A DNA stretch of 64,000 nt from the human T2T-CHM13v2.0 reference genome, Homo sapiens: assembly GCF_009914755.1 (NCBI RefSeq), contig NC_060927.1; one strand, 5' to 3'. The position numbers and the translations under genes are program-made. How positions within the stretch are numbered: the first letter of the stretch is position 1; every line of letters begins with the position of its first letter. The notes under the pieces were generated by a model. That model was not told the origin of the DNA and did no database searches. It saw only the letters and a program-made list of their open reading frames with translations. Positions 42,528 to 56,269 of this stretch are shown here, piece by piece.

Positions 42528-44459
42528 AAACCTCACTGGACATTTAACACTCACAGCAACACTGTGCGGTGGCCACCATCTCTGCCTCCGTTTCACAGAT
42601 GAGAAAACTTAAGGCTCAGAGAGTTGAAGGTCCTTGCCCAAGGTCCCAGGAATAGAAAGTGTCAGAGCTGTTTCTAATCAAGTGACAAAGAAAGAGTCAA
42701 GGCTGGAATTTGAGTCAAGTTAGCTCTGACTCTGCACTTGGAAAAGCAGAAAGCATCTTGACGTGAGGAATTCTCTCCTACCCCAACCGTGGGGACGGAG
42801 GTTCTGAGCCAACATGGAAAGGGCCTGAAGAAACAGCTTGCTGGGTGGCGGGCCCTTGGAAGATGGAGTGGGAAACCTCAGCACCCTGCGGGTGCCCTTC
42901 TCAATCCTGGCTCTTAAGACCCAGGAGCCTGAGCCTGGGAGAGAGGAGGTGATCTCTTTTCCTCAGCCTGTGTCTGTAGGACTCACATCAGCAGAAAGTA
43001 CACACCCACTCAGAGGAACACACTGCCACATTCCACACACTCACATGTGCACACCCTACCCCTCATGACAGCCAAGCTCTCTCCTGTCCACTCTCCCATT
43101 TCCGCCTCATATCCGGGCCACCTCCTCCAGTTGCCTACATTGCGCACTGCACAGTTACAAGGGGATCAGTCACATGGACTGCAATGTGAATGGCACCCCC
43201 TGGAGTTGTGTGACACTGCTCACGTTGAGCGGGGAGACTTGGCTTATTTTACACTTGGCAGAAACTGATGCTCAGAGACAGCCAGTGACTTACCCACTGG
43301 TCAAAGAGTGCGTCAGTGCTTGGAACAAAAATCTGTCATCTTTTATCTCCCTTCCCCCATGCCTTTCAAAAAGAATTATTTCTAAAACTTTGATATGTTT
43401 TAAAAACAAATTGTTGTTAAACTTCTATCTAGTTGTTTTTGAGGAGGTTCCATACAAAATCTTAAGGGTACCAAAGAGCATAAAAAGAAAGTCATTCCCC
43501 TCCCACCTGTGAGCCCGGGACACCGGTTCCTTTGCCCAGAGGCAGCCGCTGCTGCTGGTTGTCGTGTGTCTGGTCCAGAGACACTCTAAACATCGTTTAC
43601 ACAAATGGGAGCGTGTGATGCTGCCCGCACCCCAGTGAGGGCTTTGTATGCCCTGCACCGTGCCGGAACCTTGCAGCCGCCTGACTCTGTTTTACTGTCC
43701 ACAGGATTCCCTTACATGGAGGCCCCGCTGGCTATTTCGCAACACCCACTGGCATTCACTTAGGGCGCTCTGATCTCTCGCTGAAGCAAACCATGCTGGT
43801 GAACTCCCTTGCCTGTGTGTCATTTCACATGTCGGAAAAATCACCTGAAAGGTAAAGTCTTCATTTCTTTTAGACCTAAATATTTCATTTTTGAAACAAA
43901 CTGAAATGGCATAAAAGGACATATAATAAAGTAAAAGAGAAGGTCCGAGTTGCCCCCACCCCTATTGATTCTACTCCCTGAAAGTGGCCACTGTTTCATC
44001 TCATATTATTTCACAGTTGCTTATGGGGCTTAAGATATGTGGTTGATTTGCAAAAATGGCCGTAGGCCTTTCCCGGGGCCAGCTTGGTGGAGACAGCAAT
44101 CCAGGAGTTCCCTGCATTGGGAATGGTGGTGGGATCAAGCATGTGGAAGCTTCCTGAAATCTGGAGTGAACCTCTCAACTCCAGCCCTCTCACCATGCCC
44201 ATTCCCAGCAAAACTACAGTCCCTTTGTCCCTCCCAGCCTGACCCCTTCTGCCAACACCAGGGGCCAAGGGTGGGAACCTAGGGTCTCCACAGAGGTGAG
44301 CAGACAGGGCTAGGAGCTCAAGGCACAGGGGAAGGCTGTCCGCCTGCCCAGTCAGTGTGCAGAGGGTAAATAATTCCCAAGTGTGTCTTAGGGAGAAAAG
44401 ATAGTCACCAGTGACTCTACCTCACCACCTCTCACCTGCTTCATTGGGTCACTTCTTTA

Positions 44460-44860
44460 CCCAACACCCTTTTATTGAGCACCAACTGCATGCCTGGTAC
44501 TAAGTGCCAGGCATACATCCAGGGCAAAACCAACAAATTCTCTGAGAGTTACATGTTCATTGGATGAGACAGAAAATAAGCAAATAAGACCATGAATATA
44601 TACTATGTCAGGAAGTAGTATGTTCTCAGGAAAAAAGCAAAGCAGAATAAACAGGAGGTCAGGGAGAAGAGGGTGGCCGAGGAAGACCCATAAGAGGAGG
44701 AGACACGAGCACAGGTGAGTGATGACTAGGAGTGAGCCCTGCAGACAATGGGAGAAGGCTTTCTAGGCCAGGGGAACCCCACACACAAAGGCCTGGAGAC
44801 AGGAGAGTGCAGCTATGCTGGAGGGGCAGCCAGGGGACCCACATGGCTGGAGCAGTGGGG
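44460..44860 (-). mobile_element. L2 3' end (antisense)
   Basis: tttattgagcaccaactgcatgcctggtactaagtgcc...aaaggcctggagacaggagagtgc. Confidence 0.8.
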
Positions 44861-47023
44861 TAGAGGGGTGGCGGGGAATGGTGGGAATGAGAACAGAGGT
44901 ACCACCTGTCACCCTAATCCCCTATCCAGTCCTCAGCACCCCACTCCCAGCATCCACAAAACCACCCTCTGCCTTCTCCTTCCTTCTGCCCACCCTGAGG
45001 AAAAGGCATCTCTCCTCTTGCTCAGGGCGGGTTCCCTCTCTCCTCTGGGCTGAGTCCCTTCTCATCTTTCCTGCCACCGCAGATGCAGACGCTGGCTCCA
45101 GCTGCAGAGCCTTGGCCTCTGCTGTCGCCGCTCCTTCTGGGTCCTCCACACCCCTTTCCACCTACCTGGCTTCTGTTCAGCTTTTCAGATCCAGGCTAGG
45201 ACCTGCATCCCCACAAAAGCCCTCCCTGCTGCCCAGGCTGGGCCAGCGGCTCCCTGGCTCCTCAACCACCTGCACTTTCCCTTTTCCACTTCTGACTGTT
45301 TGACAAGGCAATGAGCTCCTGGGGTCAGAGAAGTGCTCAATTCCCCTGTGTGTCCCCAGCTCAGAGCTTAGGGTTTGGCCAGATGTGCAGGCGACACTCC
45401 TGTGGCTTCAGGCTGAGGCCTCAGGCTCCCCAGAGCCTTTTGGCACCCTGTCTCCCTGCTCATCCCCTTGCTTGTCCTGCTACCCCAGGGACAATTGTGT
45501 CTTAACCACATTGACCTACTTGCTGCCCACAAAACTGATCTGGTGCTTCCTGTCCCTCCCCTTGGCCCTGAACTGCTACCACCACTCTCATCTTCCTAAC
45601 CAAAATCTCCTCCATCAAAACCCAACTCCAGCCTACCTGGATGGGGGCAGAGGAAGACACGCCAGACGGGAAGGCCAGCGAGGCATATTCACTGTGTGAC
45701 CTCCAGCACCTCCTCTTGTCTGGGTGACCCTCAGCTTCCTAGTCCACAGCCTGAGGATGCAGCGGTCCCCAGAGCACAGGGTGGGGGTGAGCGGCAGATG
45801 GCAAGACCCTGTCCTGGCTCCTCCCCTTGGCTTTGGGCTCCCTGAGATGCTGTAGTCATCTCTGGATCCCTCCCAGTGCCCAGAACTTAGAAGCTTCTCA
45901 GCAAATATTTATGAAATGTATGAGGACACCATACTTTATCGTTTACATTGGCACACACGTTATTGTGCTCTGTCCTTGCTGGCATCCCTCCATTACAGGC
46001 CTGCAAGCCCAGGTTGCTGGACTGAGTGGGCAGGGGATTGGTCATGAGCTTCAGAAAGAGCCCTACCAGACATTCAGGGAGGTTGTGGAACCCACCCAAG
46101 GCCACACAGTCAACAAATCACAGAGCCAGCCCTGGACCCCGCGCTCTGCAGAATCCAGGTCCTGTGCACATCACCTCCGTCCTCCCTGTGACTCTGCAAG
46201 GTGGGCCCTCTCGCTCTTTCCTTTGGCCTTTTGTTATTTCTGAGGGCTACAGATCCTGGAACTGCAGCCGTGATGGGAAGAACAGGACACAGGGTGCCCA
46301 GCAGGAAATGCCAGGCACTGAATGGAAGGTGGGGGCTGAGGAGCAGTTGGCACCTCTGTGCCACAATGCACCCCTGAAGGGTGGAGTTGCTTAGAGACCT
46401 GGTGAGGCAGGAGCCAGCTCCCCTCTGCAGTGGCCATGTGTTCACCTTGGAGCTGGATGTGGCTCTGGGCACTGCTTACAGATGGAAAGTGGCCAGAGTC
46501 CCAGGAGGGAAAATAAGCACTGTGTTGGTGTCCTGCCATCCCTCTTTGGTGTCCCTGGGCCATGACAGAAGGTTAAGGCTGAGGGCAGAGATGTGGTCTT
46601 GGGGCTTGGTTGCTTCTTGGCACTAGGAGGGAGCCTATGGGTGTCCTGCAGTGTTTGTCTGGCACTCACAACCAGTAAGGAAATTGTCTTCTGCTAGGAA
46701 CGCTCCTGAATACTCAGTCTCCCTGCCTGCAACACACATGCACAGGCTTGGGGAGCCCTGGGGCTGAGAAATCCACTTCCAAGCACATATTCAGCACCTA
46801 CTCTGTACCAGGCATGCCCAGCCAAAACGTCAGCTGGGGATGTTGCTGTGTGAGCTTGGCAAGCGCCTTCACCTCCTCGAGTCTCAGCTGCCTTAGCTGG
46901 AAGGTGGAAATAATGACCTCACCTGCCTCGCAATCCAGTGGGCAGAATTAACATGACTGTGGAAGTCTCAAGTGGGACCATTACAACTGCAAAAGCCCTG
47001 GTCAGCAACTAAGACCCTACAGG

Positions 47024-47333
47024 GTTTTTTTTTTTGTTGTTGTTTTTTTGAGACAAGGTCTCACTCCATTGCCCAGGCTGGATGCAGTAGTGCAATAATA
47101 GCTCACTGCAGCCTCAACCTCCTGGTCTCAGGTGATCCTTCCAGCTCAGCCTCTGGAATAACTGGGACTACAGGCGCGCCACCACATCTGGCTAATTTTT
47201 GTGTCATTTTTTGGTAGAGACAGAGTTTTGCCATGTTGCCTAGGCTGGTCTTGAACTCCTGGACTCAAGCAATCCTCCCGCCTCGGCCTTCCTAAGTGCT
47301 TGGGATTATAGGCGTGAGCCACTGTGCCCAGCC
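47024..47333 (-). mobile_element. AluJ
   Basis: Alu dimer; TSD agacccta(c/t)ag. Confidence 0.9.
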
Positions 47334-47469
47334 TGAGACCCTATAGTTAAATCATTTGAGTCTTCCGAATCTCAGGAGAAAAAGAAGAGGGAGAAGAGTG
47401 CATGCTGAAGTACTTAGTAAATCATCCGAGAGAGATAAGCCAAGATGGGAGGCACGGGGGAAATCTTTC

Positions 47470-48130
47470 GCAAGTATTTCCTTCCAGCGTGAGGCTTGCC
47501 CTTTCACTTTCTGAAGGGCGTCTTTTGATGGAGAGAAGTTGTTAATTTTAATGAAGTCCAACATATCAATTTCTTCTTTCCCAGTTAGGGATCCTTGTGT
47601 CCTGTTGAAGAAACGCTTGTGTCACAGGGCCATGCAGACTGTCACCATGCTCCATGCCCAAGCCTGGCATCCCTTTCGAGTCATTTTTATATACAGATGA
47701 ATTGAGGGCCGAGGTTCGCGGCTCTCCAAGCAGCCGTCCGGTAGTCCCGGCACGATGCATTGAAAACCGTTTCTGTTCCCAGTGAACTGCAGCGGTGGCC
47801 TTTGGTTATGGCGTACCACACAGCCATAAAAATGAGAAGTCACTGCCTCGTGCAACAGCATGGGTGAAGCCGGCCGACGAGATGGTAAACAGAAGGAGTA
47901 CATGCCTGGGGATTCCATTTATGTGACATTCCAGGGAGGCCACGCTGACACAGGCCAGGCTTGGTCACCTTGGGTGGGTGTGGTGTGCCTTCTTGGGTGT
48001 GGAAATGATCTTGAGCCGGGTGGTGGCTCCACGGGTGCGTGCAGACGAAAAAAAACGTGGAGGAGCCGTGCTGTGAAGATGAGCACGCTGAAGGGTCCGT
48101 ATGCTGTACACAAATTTAAAAGAGTGTTTC
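47470..48130. mobile_element. Old L1M remnants (antisense ~47470-47800, sense 3' end ~47810-48130), unusually CpG-rich
   Basis: gaagttgttaattttaatgaagtccaacatatcaattt; cagccataaaaatgagaagtcactgcctcgtgcaacagcatgggtgaa. Confidence 0.65.
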
Positions 48131-48239
48131 TAAAGTGCAGAGGAGGAAAAGATGAAACCCTCAAACAGAGGTGTTTGCTGTGGAAGCTTTGAAGAGGCTT
48201 CTGAAAGGTGACGACTGAGAGAGAAAAAAAAGGGGCAGC

Positions 48240-49075
48240 TCCTGCCATCTGGAAGCTGGCTCAGTGCTCACAGCTGGGCCGCGCCGTCCTTCTGTGGGAC
48301 ATAAACAATCTAACGAAACCAACCTCTGCCAAGGGCGCTCTGAGACCAAGATAAAGGGAGACAGAGTGAGGTCACTGGACAGAAGCACGGTCCCTGTATC
48401 ACCCACGGAATACGAAACACCCCCTCTTGACTCCTTCCCTTGGCTTAAATGGGTGACTGCTAGGCCTCCACCAATTCTAGCTCATCCTCCTTCTACTCTC
48501 CCTCCCTGCAGGTCAGCATTATTGAGATCCACAATCATAGGATTGCCCCCACTTTCTGACAGCAGCCAATCTAACGAACCCTCACTTCCTCAGATTCTCC
48601 CCAAATCACCCACCCAAAGCCCCAATCCTATAATAGGTTCTTTCTAACACCCTCCTACTGAGACACCCACCCTTCCCCATGGGGGTGCATTCTCCCTCTC
48701 TGGCTGGAGGGCCCTGAAATCTTGCAGGATGATCAGATGAAAACAAAAAGTCCCTCAGAGCAGTCTGAAGAATGTGACGCATGCAAAATATATCAGGCCC
48801 ATGGAGGTGTTTTTGTCCTTTCTTTCCTCATAATTTCAAGACTAGCTGATTAAGTTACCTAAAATGCCATCACAAGTTGCACAGTGCAACCCTCACCTAT
48901 TATCTTCATGTTCCTGGGACTGGTGATACAAGAACAGTAGTCAATCAATTGCCTATGTTCAACTTAGAAACTGTGCCTTCTTTTTTCCTCTAAAACCCAG
49001 GAACAACTGCTGCTACTCGGAACACATATTCAGGGCAACTTGAATCTGTATCTATAAGGCTGCCGTCCTCAAATT
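48240..49075 (+). mobile_element. Adjacent old LTRs (MER74/MER73-like ERVL at ~48240-48700; ERV1-type at ~48705-49075)
   Basis: ccaaagccccaatcctataataggttctttctaacaccctc...ctgagacaccc; family names from memory. Confidence 0.5.
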
Positions 49076-51454
49076 CGGAGGGAAGGATGCTCTGAGCAAA
49101 AGCAGACACTGAGGGGCAGGTGGTGCTGACGGAAGAGGGAAGAACGTGCTGCCTCTGTGCAGGGCTGGGGTGGGGGATGCAGGGGAGGTGAGTTGGAGCC
49201 AGAGTGGCATGACCTCGAATGCCAAACCACAGCTCTGAGACCTCAGTGGGAGCAGGGCAGGGCCAGGGTGAAATCGGTGAGGCCGGACTGAAACTAGTGA
49301 GTGCCTCCTTCAGTGGTGCCTCCTTTCTTCCCTCTCTCCCTGGTCCTGGGGAGGGGCCACAGCAGAGCTTCTGTAACTGTCTCTAATTCAAGACCTGGCC
49401 CTGAGCTGCTGGTGGCCACCCTGGCTTCTGGTCAGGATCAGCGTTGGCAGGGCTGTCACCAGCCCTGTCCATAGGGCAGCTCTGTCTCCCTCACGTGGCA
49501 GTGACCACTTCCAGCCTGGCACCCAGGCCTCCCACCTGCAGCAGGACACGGGGCATGGAATCCACAGGCAGGGGTGCTATCAGTCTCTCTCCCCCAATCG
49601 CCAGCCCCGCCGCGCCTCTCCCACTGGGACATTTCTCTTTTCTGCTTGTTTGCCACTGGGAATGTGGCTGTGGGCCCCTCCTCCTCGAGGCCAGCGCCTA
49701 AGCTCCTCAGGGCTTCTCAGCCTCTGGCCTCTCTCTCCTCCTTCTCCAGCATCTGCTCCAGCCCCTCCTCCTCCAGCACATACTGGCTTCCCACCAGAAT
49801 TTAAACATGTCCCATGTGCACCCATCCCAAATAACAAACAACAAAAGCCGCCCTGGACTTCAGGCCCTTCTGGCCTCTGCCTCTGTTTTTCTGTCACCTC
49901 TTTCGAAGGAGTCGCCCACCCCGGCTCTTCCCTCTTCCCCGTGCTGGCCTGGTCTCCATCCCTCCTTGGGACCTCTCCTGTCTAAGGCCTGGCCAGTCCA
50001 GGGCCCTTTCTAGGTCCCATCTGACTCCCGATGCCCAGAGGCGTGCTCCTCCCTTGGCCTCCGGCCACCCTGGCCAGTTCCTCCTGGACATCTCAGGGCT
50101 CCTCCTCAAGTTCCTTGGCTGGCTCCTCCTCCCCCGGCTGGTGAGCCTCGAGTGCCGGGGCTTGAGGTATTTCTCAGCCTCTTCTCAGGCCTTAGGTTCT
50201 CCTTGGGTGATCTCACCCCCTCGGCTGATTTCTACCACCTCATCGACCCCCAGATCTCTTCATCTCTGGCCCCACCCTCTCTCCCAATTTCCAGACCTGT
50301 GCATCCTGCCACCTGCCAGATGTTTCCACCTGGGCCCCCAGAACTCCAAACACCCATCCCAACTTGGGTTCCCTGCATCACATCTTCATGTGCAAGGGAT
50401 GGAAGAGGCAAAGACGTCAGAGAAGCAGGGTCATGGAGGGGAGGAAGCCAACCAAGCAGGGCTGCAGGAGGCAGCCCACCTGACCCAGGGAGCTCTGCAA
50501 CAGGAATCACATCCTACAGCAAGCCTTCCAGATGGCAGGCAAGGGAGCTGTGCTTTCACATTTTTGCTCCAGGCTGGGACTGGGGGCCCAGCAGCATCTG
50601 GAAGGCAGCCTGCCCAGGAGCCCCTGGAGCAGCTGAAGGACACATGTAAGCAGGGGGTGGGGAGGACAAAGGGATCAGAGGAGACAACATCCAAGGCTAC
50701 ATTCACCATCTCCCTAGGGTCACTTCCCCTCTGGAGTTTGCCATCTCTGGGAACCAGCCAGTGAGTTGGAATCACCCTCAAGCCCAGTTCTCTTTAATTC
50801 AAACATCTTGGAGGTAGAGAGATGGCACAGAGAAGCCCCAGTTACGCCCTGCCCTCAAGGAACTCCTGGTCTAGCAAGAAAGGCACCCTTCCAAAGAGAC
50901 CATTAGGAGTCCATGAGACCAATAAATGACAGAGGAAAAGGGCTGCCACTACCCTTCCACCCCAGGAAGAGCAGCTCAGGGGCTGGGGACCATTACGGAA
51001 GACAGTCAGCTTAGGATTGCAGCAGGATGGTGGGGTTGAGAAAGACACTCACAGAATGAGGAAGATTGATCAAGTAAGGAGGTAGAAAGGTGATCCAGGT
51101 GGGAGGAACAGCAAGAGCAAAGACAGGGAGGTCAGAAACAGCCCGGGGGTACAGAGAACAGCAAACACTATGGTTTCATTGAGAATTCCCTAAACTTTAT
51201 CCACGTGCCACCTAGACTATTTTTGACCTAATGGTTTTCTCTAAATATGATTTTTTAACTTAAATAAATTTGTTTCAAAAGGAAACTTCATATTATTATT
51301 TATCTAGAAAGTAAACACTACTTGCTATAAAGAGAGATAACTAGAAGTCAAGATGGTGAAACGAAGCAAAACCATTCAACTCTAGCTGGAAGCTATTGCC
51401 TGCCTGGACTCCAAGCCTGAGTCCTGCCCGCTCTTCCATGAAAAAGAGTCCAGC

Positions 51455-52725
51455 TACACACACCAATTAGAATGTCCAAAATCCAGAGCACTGACATCAC
51501 CAAATACTGGCAAGGATATGGAGCAACAGGAACTCTCATTCATTGCCGGTAGGAATGCAAAATGGCACAGCCACCTTGGAAGACAGTTTGGCAGTTTATT
51601 GCAAAACTAAACATACTCTCACCATATGACCGGGTAATCACATTCCCTGATATCTATCCAAAGGAATGGAAAACTTATGCCTACACAAAAAGTGCATGTG
51701 GATGTCTACAGTAGCTTTTTCCATAATTGCCAAAACCTGGAAGCAACCAAGATGTCCTTCAGCAGGTGAATGGGTAAATAAACTGTGGCATATCCAGACA
51801 ATGGAATATTATTCAGTGCTAAAAAAAATGAACTATCCAGCCATGAAAAGACATGGAAAATGTAAATGCATATTACTAAGGGAAAGAAGCTGCTCTGAAA
51901 AGGCTGCATAGTATGTGATTCCAACTGTATGACATTCTGGAAAAAACAAAACGATGGAGACAGGAAAAGGATCAGTGGTTGCTAGGGGTTGGGGAGAGGA
52001 AGGGATGAATAGGCTGAGCACAGAGGGTTTTTAGGGCAGTGAAACTACTCTGTGTGATGCTATAACGTTGGATAAGTGCCATTATGCATTTGTCCAAACC
52101 CACAGAATGCACAGCACCAAGGGTGAACACTAATCTAAACCATGGACCTTGGGTGATACTAATGTGCCCACATAGGTTCATCGATTATAACAAATGTTCC
52201 ATTCTGGTGGGGATGTTAGGCTGTTCTTGCATTGTAATAAAGAAATACCTGAGATTGAGTAATTAATAAAGAAAAGAGATGTAATTGGCTCACAGTTCTG
52301 CAGGCTCTACAGTAAGCATGGTGCCGGCATCTGTTCAGCTTCTGCGGAGGCCTCAGGAAACTTAGAATCATGGCGGAAGGCAAAGGGGGAGCAGGCATAT
52401 CACATGGTGAAAGCAGGAGCAAGAGGGGAGCGGTGCTACATACTTTTAAACTACCAGATCTAAGGAGAACTCATTCACGATAATGAGGACAGCACCAAGA
52501 GGGTTAATGCTAAACCATTCATGAGAAAACTGTCCCCATGATCCAATCACCTCCCACCAGTCCCCACCTCCAACATTGGAGGCTATATTTCAATATGAGA
52601 TTTGGGTGGGGACACAGATCCAAGCCATATTAAAGGGTGTATGGGAAATCTCTGTACTTCCCACTCAATTTTGCCATGAACTTAAAACTGCTCTAAAAAA
52701 TAAATCCTATATTTTAAAAGTCTAT
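51455..52725 (+). mobile_element. L1MC 3' end interrupted by a MaLR MSTB LTR (minus strand, ~52214-52631)
   Basis: gagcaacaggaactctcattcattgcc...ggaagcaaccaagatgtccttcagcaggtg...cttaaaactgctctaaaaaataaa. Confidence 0.85.
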
Positions 52726-53544
52726 CAATTACCTGAGAGGTGTGAAAGACACACCAGCAGCAAATGGACACTTGTGCTGGTGCTGTCTGGCAGTCACAGT
52801 CAGGCCGCGAGATCCACGTGATCCCATGCCAACACGTGGCCTGGCCTCACTCTATGTCTTCCCAGGAGTAATCACTTCCTTCAAATTCTGGAGAACTCTG
52901 AATTTGGCCCGGTGAGGCCACAAAGGAAGGCCAGGGTCAGGTTCTGAGGGTTCTCATGAGCCAGGCTGGGGGATTTGGGCTTTCTCATGAGGGCACTAGG
53001 GAACCATGGGAGAGCTGCAAGCAAGATAGGAATGCAAAATGGCACAGCCACTTTGGAAGACAGTTTGGCAGTTTATTACAAAACTAAACACACTCTCACC
53101 ATATGATCCAGCAATCACACTCCTTCGTATCTACCCAAAGGAATGGAAAATACTGGCAAGGATATGACGTGGTCCATCATGGTGCAGTTTTTAGCCTGTG
53201 TCCTGGGGTCACCTTCTTACATGGCAGGGCCATGGATGGACTTCCCTGGAGTCCACGTGGCTGAATTTGATCCCTCCTCTTCCTACTAAATGGAGTCTGT
53301 GGCCACAGGGAACAAGGCATCCTCTCAACCTGGGAAGTTGTCTATGGGGAGACCTGCAGATCAGGGGACAGGAGGTGAGCTTTCTTCAGACAGCTTTAGG
53401 TTTGCACAATCACACATTTCCCACAGTCTCCCCGGGCACATCTGCAAATTAAAGAAACTCTGGGTTATACCCCAATGCTAGAGATGGTGACAGAAATGCA
53501 ATGGACCTGTGGGATAAGTGTTCCAAAAAATGACTTTCATTCTC

Positions 53545-53745
53545 CTGCCTTTCTGTCTTCCCTCCTTCCTCCCTTCGTTTCTTCCTCCTTCCCTCTCTTC
53601 ATTCCTTCCTTCTTCCATCCCTCCCTCTTTCCCCTCTCCCTTTCTTCCTTCTACTCTTTATTTTTTTCCTCCCTTCCTCCCTCCCTCCCTCCCTTCCTTC
53701 CTCCCTCCCTCCCTCCCTTCCTTCATTCTTTCCTCCCTTCCTACC
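53545..53745. repeat. Polypyrimidine (CCTT/CCCT)n low-complexity tract
   Basis: Directly visible. Confidence 0.9.
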
Positions 53746-53929
53746 CCCACCCTCTCTTTTGGATATGGGTTTGATTTATGTAATGTTTCATGGTCTGCAA
53801 AGTTCATTTGGATAGAGGTTGTCCATAATATGTGTCTCTCCCATTTTGTCAATAAGGAAGTAGAGGCATCATGAAGTTGACAGCATTCTATGTGTATTCA
53901 GGGATAGAACTTGATCCCAAATATTCTGA

Positions 53930-54500
53930 ATCTCAGTCCCATGTCAGCTAGGAGACTGCTGGACTAATGCAGGCAAGAGATGGTGGTGGCTTGAACACAG
54001 CAGTCCATGTGGAAGTGGTGAGAAGTGGTCAGATTTTGGATATAATTTGGTTGTTGGCACAGGAGAGAAATGGAGGTGTTAAAAGTGACTCTGAGGTTTT
54101 CACCTGATCAACTGAAGGAAGAGCAGGCACGGTGTGGGGGCACACAAGGGAGTAGGGGCATATGGGCATGCTCAGGTTCCATGAAACTCATCCTTTTCAA
54201 GTGGAGACATGTGAGGTTTGAGATGTCCATTAGACAACCGAGGGGCATCCAGGAGGCAGCTGCACACACAGGTCTGGAGCCTGGGGTGGGATCTGCAAGG
54301 AGATGCACGTTTGGCATCATCAGCATGTGGAACGAGGAAACCACCAAGGGGCATGCATGGACAGAGAAGACAGAAGGGCAACAGATTGAGCTCCCGGGTA
54401 CCCCAACATTCATCAGTTGGGGAGCAGAGCGGACAATGAAGCCAGCTTGGAGTGGTCACGGCGCTAGGTGGAGCAGCAGGGAAGGCTCAGTCAGGGCTGA
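53930..54500 (-). mobile_element. L2 fragment
   Basis: gcaagagatggtggtggcttgaac...gagaagtggtcagattttggatata...tgaggtttgagatgtccattagaca. Confidence 0.8.
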
Positions 54501-55829
54501 GCTGCTCCTGGCGGTGTAGGGCACAGGTGAGGAGGCAAGGGGCAAAGGAGGTGGGTCCCTTCGCAGGCAGACATGCACCTGGAGAAGAGCACACAGCCCT
54601 TGTGCAGTGCGTGGGCTGAAAGGTCAGAGTCCTCCTTTTGGCACACAGACCTCAGCATTTTGCTGTAAAATGCTTTTTCCACCACCGCATCCCACCCCGT
54701 CCAAATGTAAACTTCCCTTTAAAAAAATTTTTTTTGCAAGATAAACATGTGATGATTGATATCTTTCCAAGGGATTAAGTGACTAAAAACCAGCTTTCAC
54801 TTGATCCAGAAATTGATATCTTCAACGCATCCCTTTCCAAAAATAACAAAGAAAAGAACAAAAGACATACACAGACACACACACACACACACACACCACA
54901 CACACGTGGGCTATTAAACATCATGGTAGGAAAGTTTCCAGAAAGATAAAAAGAGTTTGTTGAAGATTTTAACAACTAAACGGACACTCCCTTGGCTTCC
55001 AGACTCTAATCAGAGCTGAGACATGAAGCAAAGAAAGGTGTGTTTTCCACAGGTTGCTGGCCCATGTCTGCAGATTAATCCATGGGTGTCTGGTCCTGTC
55101 CAGGCCTTCTAAGTTGGCTTCATGCTTCTGGGCTGCTGGGCAAAGTGACTCTGTGCTAGTCGGGATTCTGGTTTGGGTTTATAGTGTCTGTGCCTTCTTC
55201 CACAGCGGCTCCTTGGCACAATGGCCTTAGGGCTTCAAAGTGAAGCAGGAAACCCCCTCCTCCAGGAGACCCCCGGTTTGACCACAAGGGACTAGTCTTG
55301 GAGTTTGGCTGAGGACTACTAACTCTTGAGGGTAGCATTCAAGACTCTTCCTAGCTTCCCAATACTCTGAGATCTTCCCAGCATGCGTCTGGTGCTTTTT
55401 ATTTTTTCCACCTCTGAGCCTTTGCAGCTGCTGTTCCCTTCATCAGATATGCCCTTCCTTCCTCTCCTCCTCAATCTCTGCATATTCAAATTCTCACCAT
55501 CTCTTAAGACCAGGATGACCATAGAGTCTGGTTTACCTGGCATTGGTTTATATGTGCTCTCCTACTGTCATGATTAGCAGTGCCCCGTTTCACTTTCAAA
55601 AATAGCCTGTTGTAGACAATTGATTCCATAGTTACCCAACAAGAAGTCCAGCTCAAATGTCTCCTCTAGGAAGCCATCCCTGATTCCCAAGGAAAGATCT
55701 CCTTTATGCTGAACGTACATAGCTGCAGCCCTCCAAGTGTATCATGCTAACCTTCTCTGAATGTGGCCTCTCTCCCCTGCTGGGCAGATACAGTCCCTTT
55801 ATGAAAAACATTTACACTGAGATACATTT

Positions 55830-56250
55830 GCATTGAAGATACATTGAAGTCTTACCTCCAGGTTTCTGGCAATATGCCCTTATTTGGAAATAAGGTCTTC
55901 GCAGATTTAACAAGGTTAAGATGAGCTCATTAAGGTGGGCTCCACTCCAGTATGACGGGTGTCCTTATAAAATGGGGGAATTTGGAACAGATACTGACAC
56001 ACACAGGGAGAAGATGGCTACGTGGCCGGGATGATGGGTCTACAAGCCAAGGGACACTCAGGACTGCCAGCAACCACCAGGCCTGGAAGAAGCAAGGAAG
56101 GAGCCCCCCTTGAAGCAGGCAGAGGGAGCAGGGTCCTGCCCACAACTTGGTAGGGGACTTCCAGCACCCAGAACTGTGAGACAATACCTTTCTGTTGAGG
56201 GCCCCCATTTTTGGTGCATTTTTACAGCAGCTCTAGGAAACTAGCATCTA
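55830..56250 (+). mobile_element. MaLR LTR MLT1B/C
   Basis: ccttatttggaaataaggtcttcgcagat...tacaagccaagggacac...tacagcagctctaggaaactagca. Confidence 0.8.
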
Positions 56251-56269
56251 TAGTAACTACTTCTTTAAA

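Noticed and set aside
50054-50764. Longest ORF in the window (236 aa)
   Set aside because: Non-ATG start, overlap with decayed L2-like sequence and no recognisable protein family.
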